A DNA stretch of 64,000 nucleotides from a virus (taxonomy: Duplodnaviria; Caudoviricetes): positions 118,656-182,655 of the IMG/VR virus record IMGVR_UViG_3300021399_000002; one strand, given 5' to 3'. The notes under the pieces were generated by a model. The model made no database searches. It was not told the origin of the DNA and saw only the letters and a program-made list of their open reading frames with translations. The translations under genes and the position numbers were made by a program. Numbering within the stretch: the first letter of the stretch is position 1; every line of letters begins with the position of its first letter. Shown one piece after another: positions 37,915 through 48,968 of the stretch.

Positions 37915-38335
37915 ATATATCCTACTATTCTTCGACCTCTCGCATCACATTTGCTTCAAGGTCATTCAATTTATCTAAATGATTTGCGGCAGAGAAATCT
38001 TTGGAGGTATAAAGCTATCCAATATGTTCCCAACTAGCGACGCATCTTTTTACCCACTCATGTTTCATATATACAGCAAGTAACTAAATTTCATCGTTAG
38101 TTAAATCTTCTACAAACTAATATATTTTAAACTAAGGAGCATCATCCGTACTATCGACATTAGATACTTCTTCAAAATCTAAACTCACACGAGGATACTT
38201 AAAGCGAGCAATGGCCATTTTGAGAAGTTCTTGCCAGTCTCGTTCTACGATGGCTAACTCTTCTTCTAATGTCCATTCATCAGCAGTTATTCGCGCGAGA
38301 AAAGCATCATAAACCTTTAAGAAGGGCGTTGCCAT
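37832..38335 (-). CDS. Putative head-tail adaptor, 167 aa, TAG=Gln (includes a TAG-TAG pair)
   Basis: TPFLKVYDAFLARIT..AIARF..DLTNDEI[Q]LLA..KDFSAANHL pattern; open to TGA 37832. Confidence 0.65.
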
Positions 38336-38341
38336 TTTTCA

Positions 38342-38782
38342 TCACTTCTCTTCTGCGTCGTGCTTCACGGCAATAGCCTAAATTACATCAACATCGCAGT
38401 ATCTTTTAATTAGGGCTACAATGCCCGCATTGGTAATTTTATGTTCTACAGCAAGAGTAACAGCACTTTCTTTTTCCGCATCAGTTGCATGTGGAATAAA
38501 TTTAGCAAATGCGGTTACATCACCTTTAACTAGCATTTTTTCAATTTCAGAAGCTTCAAATACATTTTCAACAACTTCTACCTGCTGCTCTTCTTCAACA
38601 CCAGTAATTTTAATATAATGTCCATTTACTAGGGACATAAAACCTGGATCAAAGGTCAACTCTTCATATTCTTCCTGTGATACAGGAATTTCACGTCCCG
38701 GCATTAATTCACGATTAAAACGAATGGCCGGTAAATATAACGAAATTAAACTCGTACTAACATTCTTAATTTTAATACTCAT
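38342..38782 (-). CDS. Hypothetical virion-associated protein (one TAG near C-terminus)
   Basis: SD AAGGAGG; read-through ends at TGA 7 nt before next ATG. Confidence 0.65.
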
Positions 38783-38804
38783 AATGAATCCTCCTTTTAT
38801 CTCC

Positions 38805-38844
38805 AAAAAAAGAATCATGGGAGGGAGAGAAATCTCCCTCCCAT
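38805..38844 (-). terminator. Terminator after major capsid gene
   Basis: 12-bp stem ATGGGAGGGAGA/TCTCCCTCCCAT + U-tract. Confidence 0.75.
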
Positions 38845-38852
38845 TATATTAA

Positions 38853-39959
38853 TTATCCTTGAATTTCATTATTGGCTACAATGCTAGCATTTTCGGTTTC
38901 CCAACCGCTACCCTGAGATAGAGCAGCATTGTAGTAAATTCCCCAATAATTAGGAGTAGTGAATAGACCTACACCAACTTTTACATAACCCTGTAGAGTG
39001 AAGCTATTGTCGCCCTCATGGTCATCCCATTCACGGAAGTAAGGAGATCCTTCGAAAGCCATCTTAATGATCTTTTCCTTACCAGCAGGTAGGACATAAG
39101 CAAAAGCAGGATTAAACTGTAACTTAGTATTGGTTTCATCAGTCCAAGACTGTGGCATTACAACAACTGGTACGCCCTGGAACTTGCCGATATAGCCGCG
39201 TTCACGGATATCAATCATATCCTGATCAGAAATCTTACCACCAACCCAACTTGGATTAGCATTGCTATAAACGATAGCATTTACCATTTCAGCTGCAAAC
39301 TCAGGAGTACAATAAATAATTGGGCTGCCATAAGGAGCAACGGTATTGCATAGTTTCTTCATAGCAATAGGATTGAACTGATTGGTTGCAACCTTGTTGC
39401 GAGCGGGACGGCCTGCGGCGTTCCAAGAATTTAGTAAGCAACCCTGTACCATTTCAAATAGACGGTCAACAATACCTTCCTGGATAACTTCATAAATATC
39501 AGTCATGGATTCTAGACCATCAAGATAACGCTCAAAGTCTACATATCCAGCGCCGCCAATAGCCTGAATGTATAGATCGAAACGATCATGATCTAGACGG
39601 AAGGTCTCATAGTTACCAGATTCAGTAGCACGAGTAACGAACTGCTTACCACGAATCTTGCCACGAACTACGCGGAACTCTGGGCGCTGACCCTGAGCAT
39701 AATTCTTTACTTCAACAAACATATCAAGAGCACTCTTGACATTCTGTGGTAGAACTTCCTGTAGATTTTCTTCTAATAGTTCAAATACATCTTCTTTATT
39801 ACGATTGAAGACGTGACGATTGAAGTGTACGCCATCCTTTGTCATTAGCTTAGCTAATTCATCACGGAGAGCAGCTTCGTAATCATAATTTTCTGCTGCA
39901 AATTCAGCAGGAACGGCACGACCAAATACGCCGTTCATTAACATATGTAGCTTATTCAT
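38853..39959 (-). CDS. Major capsid protein
   Basis: ~368-aa TAG-free ORF with strong codon bias, after protease/scaffold and decoration gene; GYIGKFQGVPVV; followed by terminator. Confidence 0.8.
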   Translation of the reverse strand: MNKLHMLMNGVFGRAVPAEFAAENYDYEAALRDELAKLMTKDGVHFNRHVFNRNKEDVFELLEENLQEVLPQNVKSALDMFVEVKNYAQGQRPEFRVVRGKIRGKQFVTRATESGNYETFRLDHDRFDLYIQAIGGAGYVDFERYLDGLESMTDIYEVIQEGIVDRLFEMVQGCLLNSWNAAGRPARNKVATNQFNPIAMKKLCNTVAPYGSPIIYCTPEFAAEMVNAIVYSNANPSWVGGKISDQDMIDIRERGYIGKFQGVPVVVMPQSWTDETNTKLQFNPAFAYVLPAGKEKIIKMAFEGSPYFREWDDHEGDNSFTLQGYVKVGVGLFTTPNYWGIYYNAALSQGSGWETENASIVANNEIQG

Positions 39960-39973
39960 AAGTCGCACCTCCA

Positions 39974-40603
39974 TTATAGTTTGATAATCTGATACTTAAC
40001 GCCCTTTCCGCCATTAGGAATGGTGTAATATTTAGTTACACGAGCATAGATACCAGACTGTGGTTTAGTTTTAGTTAGCTGTGGAACAGCCTTATTTACG
40101 CTACCCTGAGCAACGCCAGGTACTACATAAAGAGCATTAGCAGCTAAGGATAGATCCTTTTCAAGAGCTTCCCATAGTTTAGCTTCAGTAGCGAATTCAG
40201 ATTCATCATACTGTAAGCAGTTAGTAGTTACAGTATCACCTACGCCTAATAGACCAACACGAGGATAATCCCCAGCGATCTTGCGGCCAAAACGTTGTAG
40301 ACCATAGTGTTCACGATCATATTCTTTTTCAGTAGTATAAACAATACCAATAGGGGCATCAGTTGCAGCGGCGGGTGGATTGATAGCGCCAGCGGCCTTG
40401 TCAGCAACGACCCACATACCATTCTCACAAGGAGCGGCCTTTGTAAAAGCGTCTCCGAGAGGAGTCTGGGAAACTACCATACCAGTCTTTGGGAATGCTA
40501 CCTGGTTTAGTTCTAGGCTGGCATATAGCTTTTCATCGGGATCGCGATGCTGGTCAACTAGATCGCCCACAACATTGGTAATAGGAAATCTTTTCATTGC
40601 CAT
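39974..40603 (-). CDS. Capsid decoration/cement-like structural protein
   Basis: TAG-free ORF between scaffold and MCP; ENGM..V signature. Confidence 0.6.
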   Translation of the reverse strand: MAMKRFPITNVVGDLVDQHRDPDEKLYASLELNQVAFPKTGMVVSQTPLGDAFTKAAPCENGMWVVADKAAGAINPPAAATDAPIGIVYTTEKEYDREHYGLQRFGRKIAGDYPRVGLLGVGDTVTTNCLQYDESEFATEAKLWEALEKDLSLAANALYVVPGVAQGSVNKAVPQLTKTKPQSGIYARVTKYYTIPNGGKGVKYQIIKL

Positions 40604-40616
40604 AAGTTATTCCTCC

Positions 40617-41921
40617 TTAATTCTTGCGATATTTTTCCATAAATAACGCGAATTCATCAACAACGGGTTCTGGTAGTGGAACTACTTTGTTGTCAGCACT
40701 GCCAGCCATGTGTTTTTTAGCATAGCAAATTGCGAGTTTGCTTTCCAATTCATCTAAAGAAAAATTATTTATATTTTCACGAATTGGGCTAATTTCTTCC
40801 TCAGTTAAATCAGTTGCGTACTGTTCAATTAAGGAATTTTTTTGTTCTACTTCTAAACGAGTGCGCTCGGCTTCATAGGTAGCAATCTCATTACGCAAGG
40901 TAGCTTCAGTCTCAGACGCGGATGTTATCTGGGCCTCAAGTTCTTGAATACGAGTTTGAGCATTCTCATAATTAGTAGTCATTTCATTTAATTGATTTTC
41001 AAGCTCAGTAATGCGAGCTTCAAAATCTGGTGCGGGTTCGGCCGCGGGTTCAGGCTCCGTAGCAGCTGGTTCTGCGGGTTCTGCCGCAGGTTCAACTGGT
41101 TCAGCAGCAGGTTCTTCAGCAGCAAAATTTTCTGCTGGTTCTGCGGCTGGCTCTGCAGCTGGTTCAGCCGCAGGCTCAACTGGAGCTACTGGCTCCTGAT
41201 TTACAGGTTCTTCCTGTACAGGAGTGGGTTCATTTACTTCGGGATTTACAACATTTTCCATTTGATGTTCCCCTCCTTCTTTTGGTTGTTTTTCAGCCTC
41301 TTCAACTTTAGCTTTCAAATCCGCCAATAGAGAAGAGAACTTTTCATATTGAGATTTATATGTATCATCATTTTTACTGAAGAATGAAGATACAGAAAAA
41401 CATGGTTCATGATCTCCTATAATACATAGCCCCATGATTTCAGCTTTAGTATAAACAAAATATTCAGTATCGCCAATATTTGCCCAGTCACCTTCAATGG
41501 AATTAATATCAAGCTCCATAGATTGATGTTGGCCTACTACAAAATTAGCTTCATTAAAATATTTAGTAAATAATACTACAGAAAAGACTGCATAATCGCG
41601 TTCTACTCCATCAGTATCCTTAAATGGCTGCCATCCATCAAAGTATTCGACATATCCATAAGCGCTAGCAAGGGTAGGCCCAGTATGGCTTGCCCAGCCT
41701 TGTGATTCTGGATCAAAGAAGCCAACTACTGGAGTATCTCCTTTAGTTGCACTATTAATTAACATTTCTGCGACATCGTCTTTAATATAGGAACCATTAC
41801 GATTACCATATTTAGTAAAAACACCAACTTTCAATCTATTAAGATTAGAAGCACCATTAATAGACTCGGCAGGCGACATAATGATAGCATTATCAAAATA
41901 AATTGGAATATTTTTTCTCAT
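40617..41921 (-). CDS. Prohead protease/scaffold protein
   Basis: NRNGSYI, HQSMEL, GLCIIG..EPCF protease-like N-domain; AEPA-repeat linker; C-terminal coiled coil; follows portal. Confidence 0.75.
   Translation of the reverse strand: MRKNIPIYFDNAIIMSPAESINGASNLNRLKVGVFTKYGNRNGSYIKDDVAEMLINSATKGDTPVVGFFDPESQGWASHTGPTLASAYGYVEYFDGWQPFKDTDGVERDYAVFSVVLFTKYFNEANFVVGQHQSMELDINSIEGDWANIGDTEYFVYTKAEIMGLCIIGDHEPCFSVSSFFSKNDDTYKSQYEKFSSLLADLKAKVEEAEKQPKEGGEHQMENVVNPEVNEPTPVQEEPVNQEPVAPVEPAAEPAAEPAAEPAENFAAEEPAAEPVEPAAEPAEPAATEPEPAAEPAPDFEARITELENQLNEMTTNYENAQTRIQELEAQITSASETEATLRNEIATYEAERTRLEVEQKNSLIEQYATDLTEEEISPIRENINNFSLDELESKLAICYAKKHMAGSADNKVVPLPEPVVDEFALFMEKYRKN
41025..41215 (-). repeat. Coding low-complexity tandem repeat (AEPA)n in scaffold linker
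   Basis: EPAAEPAAEPAAEPAE... visible as GGTTCTGC/GGTTCAGC repeats on +. Confidence 0.8.
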
Positions 41922-41937
41922 AATATATATCGCCTCC

Positions 41938-43482
41938 TTAGCTCATACTATCAATATTTTGTTGCGTTTTCTAGGAACGATCTTCATCTGCTAAAGTGGG
42001 TCTTCCGCCCTTATTAGTTATGTCCCTAGGCTAAGATAAACCATTACTATTTTTTTCTCCAGAATTATTTTTTTTCGTAGAATTTTCATCACCAGATTGA
42101 GTATAAGAAGATAATAATGGCCGCATTTTTTCATCTAGATTTAAAAATTCATTTTCAAAATCAACTGTACTTACTAAATTGCGCTATTTAATACCCATTG
42201 CCGCGCCTACGCGCATTCTTGGATAGCCAAATTGGGCCATAGATAAATAGTAATCTTTATAATCTTTAATATTAAATTTTGTTACTGGTAATATTTCAAA
42301 ATCAAAACTTAATCCTGTACGAGTAAAGCGACTATTGATCAAGAATTTAATCCAAGTGGCATATGCATTAATATACTCTTGCATAACACTTTCTAAACGC
42401 TTAATAACATATGCTAATGAAGAACTATTATCTGCATTAAAAAATAATTTACTGCTTCCTAAAGAATCCCAAGCATTATCACTATATTTTTCAATACGAT
42501 TATTAGATTGGGTTGCCGCGGATGAGTCTTGTAAATTTTCTAAAGTAGTATCCCCTAATGTTGTTAATACATCAACTGTATCTAAATCCTAAAGCATACT
42601 AGCAACTCCAGCATGTATTTCTGCTATTTCATCTAATTCAAATACTAAATGGCCATTGCTATCAACTGGCATTTTTTGTATTAACAATTTATATAACTCA
42701 TTTTCATCTCGTTTTTCTTCTCGCTTTACAGCATCTTTCATTTTAGCCAATTCGGGAATAGAAGCTACGAGCAATGGAGTTGTATCTTCTGAAAAACAAA
42801 AAACTATCCCACCCGCGCTTGCAGGTACCATGATCCATGGATCTGTTAATTTTTTTGCTTTATATAATTTCCATCCCTATTGGATTGCTGGTGGGAAATT
42901 AAGTAAAGCGGCATCGCGCGTTTTCTCATCTTCATATTTAGTTAAGAAATAAGTAATATTAAACTCTAAAACACATAAATTATTAAAATCTTTTAATCTT
43001 GTGCGGCAATATTCCTATGGTAAATCCTATATAACAACTTTGTTGCCATGTTCTTGTAAAATACCATAATAAATACCTGATTTAAGCCATTCACGCGTAA
43101 TGCGAGTTAATGTATTTTTAATATCTAACGCTTCTACAAAATTACATGCATTATAAAATGCTTTTATAATCTATGCTTTAGATCCTTTTCCTGTTTCATA
43201 AATAGGAGTAACTAATGTTTCATAAAGAAAAAGTGTAGAAAGAAAATTAATATTATTACGATAACGACCATTGGTTCTATAATAGTATCGAGATAATTCA
43301 CGGATAGCAGAAATTTCGCCTGAACGAATTATTTCTTCTATTTCCTCTATAGTTAAATCTCGATTCATAACGCTATTTGTTCTATTACCGCCCCAACGAG
43401 AGAGGCGTTCACGAGAATCAATAGGAACATAATTAATACGAAACTATGGTCTTGCAAACATAGTTTTAAAATCCTAACTCAT
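41938..43482 (-). CDS. Portal protein, ~514 aa, TAG=Gln (third codon is TAG)
   Basis: Fragments 43171-43368, 42589-42831 and 42184-42384 in one frame; between terminase and protease; C-terminal SSYTQSG..GGRP typical of this portal type. Confidence 0.75.
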
Positions 43483-43487
43483 AAAAA

Positions 43488-45272
43488 TCACCTCCTATTT
43501 TTAGGAGTGAAGAAACCAAACTAACCAATATTCTTTTTTCTGCGTTTAAAAATTTCTTTATCTTCATAATATTTTATTCTATACATTGCATATTCAAGTG
43601 CGCTAAAACGGTCTTTTTCAATTGATTTTGAAATACGTTCAACTTTATATTTATTTTCAACACCAGTTGGTTTTAGCCGCAAGTTGTTAAGTTCATCCAT
43701 AAGGCGAGAAGTCATTTCATATGGTAATAAAAATACTCGTCTATCATATGATGTCATTTTCTAACCTTTCTTTGTTTTAATTAATTTATCTTTAATAACT
43801 CGTTCATGCGCTAAAAATGAAGTAGACCCATTATTTATACTAGTAAGAAATGCTGCATGAATCTCATCTTCATTAGAAGCAGAAGCCTTAATATCATATA
43901 TAATAGCATTATATTTAATATTGGGCTCCTCTACTATATCATGTAATTCTGGCGGCAAATGATTTTCATTATTAAAAGTAAAATATGCAGGAAATTGTTC
44001 TCCTGTTTTTGCGTCAAAAGAAGGTAATACCATTGCATCCATAAGGCCAATACCTGGACCATTGCCATCAATAACAATCTCTTTAGGATGATATAATTCA
44101 ATTAATTTTTTAATACGAGGCGCCTATACAGTAATATAGTTTTCGCCATGTATTACTTCAGTATAAATTACATGCTTCTTAAAACGTTGTTCTCCAGGCA
44201 ATACCTTAATAACCATAATAGCAGTATTCGCGCCATAGCGTGCTACGTCAACACCAATTATATAGAAAGCACCATCTGGTAAATTATCTAATGCCTTACG
44301 TTCACATTTTAATAAAGAACGATGCTTATTAAGTCGGCGTGAATCAAGCCATGCATCCTTACTATTACCGCTCCATATCGATAATGATTCGCGCGCGAAA
44401 GAATCCTCGCTTACTGTATTAGAATAACGTTGATCCATTAGGGTTGCTTTATCTAATAGGCCATAATGCAATGGTACTTCATAAGAGAGACCCCATGAGA
44501 AGTATTCCTTCGGTCGCAAAACCGCATTCACAGTAATCTCAATAAGCTTCTAATACATAAATACAGTACGTTCTGCAGCAGTTGTGATAAAGATTTGAGA
44601 AGAACTTGGCTCATTGGGATTTAAAGAGCCATCTACTTCTCTACGAGCAATATTCATTTGTGGCCAAAGTACTTCATTAAATGGTACTTCTTCAATTAGC
44701 GCTGCTTCTTCTAAGATTGCAGCAGTTGCACGTAATCCGCGGGATGTATCTTTAGATACAACAGAAATCATACTACCATTTTTTAAGTACAACTCATAAT
44801 AATTGGTACTTGCTTTTTGTCCGGTTTTACCATCATCTGCGCGCGTTTTTAATTCTTTCCTTAATAGCGGCCAGTGTCTAAATATTTCTTCAAACTTAGC
44901 CTCCGCAATTTTAATAACTGTTCCTTTGGTATCGGAAGCAATCATTATTGTGGAATTAGGTAAAAGCACCGCGCGAATAAGTGCACTTAAATAAGCAGTA
45001 AATGATTTAGAAGTCGCACGGGTAGCAGTCCAGAATGTATATCTATAGCGCATAGCTGCGCGCAATTCTACTCGTTGAAAAGGCATTAGATGAAAATGTT
45101 TTGCATCTGTCGAATCTTGTATAATATCGAGTAGAAGGTCTGGATATCGTATCCATAAGTCAAGATATTTAGTAAATAATTCTTGATTTGCATCGAGGTA
45201 TTCGCGCGTTAGAACAACACCTTTTTCAATTGGTATTCCATCCCGCAATACAGCTTCATCAAAATCATTCAT
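43488..45272 (-). CDS. terL: Terminase large subunit, ~594 aa, 4 internal TAG
   Basis: Q-motif MPFQ, Walker A ATRATSKS, RGLRA, Walker B ILEEAA, ITTA, nuclease IGVDVAR, DGNGPG, KDRFSA; four in-frame fragments each ending at TAG. Confidence 0.9.
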
Positions 45273-46218
45273 CTGTACCCCCTCCCATCAATTCGGCAGA
45301 GAGTTCATCTTCTCCTTCATATTCTACATCTGCAGTTTCATCAAAATCAACTTTTTCATTTTCAATTTCTTCAAGCCGTTCGGTCATATTATAACGTGCG
45401 CGTCTATCTTCTACTTGCTCTGCAAAATTTCCCTCATTTATAACAAGCCTCTTTAGATAATTCTAAATATTCTCCATCATAAAGTCAATGGAATCTTGCG
45501 GCTCAGTATGCCAATTAGGATGCCATCCTTTCTTACCATAATAAACCATTAGCTCTCCCACTGATTCAAAGTCCGCCGCGGATTTCGCATTAGAAGCTTC
45601 AAAATGATAAGTTTTTACAATATCATCGGCTTGTTTCATCATTTTAGAAACATCTACGCCATTTCTTAGCCCTTCCTTAATATGGAGTTGAAGTTCACAA
45701 AAGTCCCTAGCTTTTTCTTGAAGAATAGGAGTAGAAACATTTTGCGTTGCAACAATCTAATTATAAAAATTATCAAGCCATAAAAGCTGTTCTGGTTTAT
45801 AGGCCGCAGACCATACTTTTCTCAATCGTTTAAGTTTTGCTTCATTCAAAACTTTAATTTCATCATCAATGGTACCCTCTTCGCGCGCGAGACGCCATCT
45901 TTCATTTTCATCGGCCCATTTTAAAGGCTCATAATGCTCTCCATATAATAAATTAAAATACATAGTAAGAGTATGATCTTTATGCTATGCATATAACTAT
46001 GTCCACTTATCAAGATCGAAAGGCAAATCAAGCCAACGCATAAGTCGATCTACTTCTCCTAAATTATCTTGTGGTACCATAGTCTCAAGACATGGTGTAC
46101 AAATATAGCATCTTCCGCCAGGAAAAAATTTTGATGGAGTTGATTGAAACAATAATAGCGGCTATTCTCGTTTACATTTTAGGCATCGTCGGGTCTTTGT
46201 ATCTGAGGTCATTGCCAT
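45265..46218 (-). CDS. Zinc-finger protein upstream of TerL, putative terminase small subunit (TAG=Gln)
   Basis: CLKC..CTPC N-terminus; in frame with ORF 45757..45963; TGA overlaps terL start. Confidence 0.55.
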
Positions 46219-47482
46219 TATTCACCACTCCTCTTTTTACGCGTGAAGCTCTATCGCATTCTTTACAAGTATTAGATAATCCATCTTTATGGGTGTTGTT
46301 GCGGCTAAAGAAAAGTGTATCCATTGGAAATATTTTTCCGCAGTGAATACATTTCTTTCGCATATTAGGCGGCGTCTCTAGTTCTAAACGCAATTGCCGG
46401 GCAATTTTTGCAATCTTATTTGGAATTTCTGTATTGACAATTGTAATAACATAATTAGGAGAATACTCTATATTATACTATATACGCATTTCTTCTATAA
46501 TATCCTCATAATATAGCCCCATCTTACGCCATTCTACAAGGCTTTGCCGCAATGGGGTTAAATTGCATAAAGACAAATAGCGATCTAAATCCCATAGTAA
46601 GGTCACCCCATATGTATTTAATTTGTCATGTAGGGCTTCGCGCAAGGTACAGTACTAATTAAGTAGGGCGCGAATATGTTTAGGGTTCTCCCAATCAAAT
46701 GTATGCTAGCAAATTACCCACTTAACTTCTAAATCATCTCCCTCTCCACGAGTCTCGTAGTCTGCTAAATTCTTAGAAACTCGTGATGTATAGGCATGAT
46801 CTACTCGATCTTTCCATGATTCGCGCGAAACCCAATAAAAGGAATCGCCGCTCCAATCATAAAATTGTTGTTTCGGATGGTCTAAATTTTGAAAATGTAA
46901 AGTTGGCTTATAAGAATCTTTCAAATAATACTAATGTTTCCTCATATCAATTAAATTATGCTTTAATTGATATATACGGAAAGAATCCGTTACAATAGTA
47001 TCAGACTCATTTGGCGCAATTTTGCCTTGCGCGATATCAAGCATGCGTTGCCATCTATCAATAGCTTCCCATTGTTCTACCATGCCAGGAATGTCTGAAT
47101 CGCCGGGGTCAACCATTTCTCCAGTTACTTTATCATATTTAGGGCGCATAATTGTAGGCTTAGGCGCAGTATAGGAATCGCGCTTGTACGCAGAACGCAT
47201 TTGCTGTTCATCAAAACCTGGAGCTTCCATAATCTCATCCAGCGACTATACCTTATCTTCTTTCACTGTATAACTCTTATATTTTTTATTTCTATCTGTA
47301 CATTCATTACGCTATATTGCATTCTAACCATTTTCGTCTTTGCCGTATAAGATGTAGGAGGCCATTTGTTCCAACTCTATTGCGGTTGGATCGGTTTCTA
47401 AAGAATCAATAATTTTTGCAATTGCGGTGCATCGGTCCGAATCACGTTCTATAGAATAATCGAGTTGGTATTTCTTTTTCAT
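46172..47482 (-). CDS. ~436-aa protein with sigma-region-4/HTH-like segment and C-terminal CxxC-CxxC zinc finger; first gene of late block (TAG=Gln)
   Basis: Fragments 46931-47230, 46706-46924 and 46172-46393 in one frame with ATG 47482 (SD GGAGGTGG); KKCIHCG..FFSRN..DGLSNTCKEC. Confidence 0.7.
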
Positions 47483-47501
47483 ATTTCCACCTCCAATTTT
47501 T

Positions 47502-47531
47502 ATTTTATCATGTTGGGTTTATTGTTGTCAA
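47502..47531 (-). promoter_or_regulatory. sigmaA-like promoter heading the minus-strand morphogenesis block
   Basis: TTGACA-18 bp-(TG)TAAAAT on - strand, about 20 nt before SD/ATG 47482. Confidence 0.6.
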
Positions 47532-47675
47532 ATATTTAATTTTAAAAAGTTTGGTGGAAAATGTGTACCCCCAGGGGATCCGGTTGTCATGAGCGCGTCG
47601 CAATCCTAAAACGGATGGGGGATATGGTCAAAAGCCATCCCAAATTATACAAATCTAAAAATTACGATTTAGTTG

Positions 47676-47704
47676 TTGACAATGTGCTTGTATGGTGCTA
47701 TATT
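47676..47704 (+). promoter_or_regulatory. sigmaA promoter of first GC-rich gene
   Basis: TTGACA-17 bp-(TG)TATATT; no dyad operator. Confidence 0.65.
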
Positions 47705-47764
47705 ATAGCCAAGCCGAAGGGCACAAGCCCCCAAGGCAAAACGATGAAAGGCAGGTTTAAGACA

Positions 47765-48367
47765 ATGGCGAAAGAGATGACAGTGGCGGAAAAGATTCAG
47801 GCGGTACGGGAGTTTAATGCCCGTTTGACGGCTGAAGCGGCGAAAGGTAGCACGGGCTGGTCAGGCAAGCAGTGTGATTTTGATGTCCGTGACTTTGTGC
47901 TTGCTCGTGGCGTCCGCAGGCTGGAAGATGTCCGGTGCCGGGCTGCAGGCAAGGCCGATTGGACTATCCGTATCAACGGCAAGCTGTACCGGGGCGAAAC
48001 CAAGACGAACATGGGCGAATGGAAAGTCCCTTGCGCTCGTATCAGCGCTGATGACATTTTCCCCGGCGTGGACTATGTGGTATACGCCGCTGAGGTTGAC
48101 AATATCACGAAGGACAACTTGCCTGATATGATGTTCGTCTTCACTCGGGCGCAGTTCATCGAATTGCTGACGGTGACTGGGCGCAAGGGTTTGGAAAGTT
48201 CCCTGCGGTACAATGCCAAGCGTGGTACGGTCGGAATTCAGGCTTGGTCGGTGTACAACAAGAAGACCGCCAAGTGGGTTTGTGCCCGGCTGAACAAGTA
48301 CTACGATTACCTCGAAGCGAACAACATCCCGACTCTTCGAGACTGGGTGGAAGCGGTGAGGGGCTAA
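47765..48367 (+). CDS. Hypothetical protein, possible PD-(D/E)xK nuclease fold
   Basis: KADWTI...GETKT motif spacing; start MAKEM after promoter; GC-rich codon usage. Confidence 0.6.
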   Translation: MAKEMTVAEKIQAVREFNARLTAEAAKGSTGWSGKQCDFDVRDFVLARGVRRLEDVRCRAAGKADWTIRINGKLYRGETKTNMGEWKVPCARISADDIFPGVDYVVYAAEVDNITKDNLPDMMFVFTRAQFIELLTVTGRKGLESSLRYNAKRGTVGIQAWSVYNKKTAKWVCARLNKYYDYLEANNIPTLRDWVEAVRG

Positions 48368-48568
48368 GGCCCCTCACCCCCCTCCGGGGGATGATGAGAA
48401 AGAAGGTGATACCATTGGACAGGTGATAGCGCCATGAATCCCACGCACAGGTGCACGGTGGGGAAGGGCGAAAGACAAGGCGAGCACCCAGCTTCGTTGA
48501 AGGCCGAAGAGTGGCAAGACGAAGCCCCTTAAAACTCAGGATACACCAGCAACATCAAAGGAGGAAGC

Positions 48569-48883
48569 ATGATGAAGACATACACCGTAACCGTGATGGA
48601 TACGCCGGAAAACGCTGAGAAGGCGGTCCGGTTGTTAGACCGGATTTTCCGGTGGAGATACAATGTCCACGGCGTCAAGCGTGAGATGAGCGCTTTTAAT
48701 CGGGAGACCGGAGAATTGTCCATCACGGTCAGCTTGACAGCGGTCTGGATGGATTCACCCCAGATGCAGTACTTGTTCCCGGAGTATCAGATTGACGGTA
48801 TACAGCGCACATGGTATAGACTGATGAACCGAGTGAGGGCGCTTGACAATACTTATATTGGAAAGATGGAAGAAGGGGAATAA
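48569..48883 (+). CDS. Hypothetical protein
   Basis: SD AAGGAGG; stop in terminator loop. Confidence 0.7.
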   Translation: MMKTYTVTVMDTPENAEKAVRLLDRIFRWRYNVHGVKREMSAFNRETGELSITVSLTAVWMDSPQMQYLFPEYQIDGIQRTWYRLMNRVRALDNTYIGKMEEGE

Positions 48884-48905
48884 TCCCCTTTTTCTTTTTT
48901 CGGTT

Positions 48906-48968
48906 AGTTAGTCATGACTAACTGTATAAATTATTTAGGTGTTAGTCGGAGTTAGTCATGACTAACTC
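48906..48968. repeat. Two copies of perfect palindrome AGTTAGTCATGACTAACT
   Basis: 48906-48923 (18 bp) and 48949-48968 (20 bp), flanking a half-site TTAGGTGT. Confidence 0.85.

Noticed and set aside
11005-46998. Short plus-strand ORFs inside the morphogenesis block
   Set aside because: Antisense to the recoded genes, with no recognisable motifs
10454-47482. Decayed prophage, pseudogenes or sequencing errors
   Set aside because: Breaks checked are TAG only, with no frameshifts; catalytic motifs are intact and genes abut properly under code 15
47561-47764. N-terminal 68 aa of ORF 47561..48367 (and similar upstream extensions of 50776, 51363, 54294, 57643, 62702)
   Set aside because: These extensions run through the promoter/leader; downstream starts have proper SD sites
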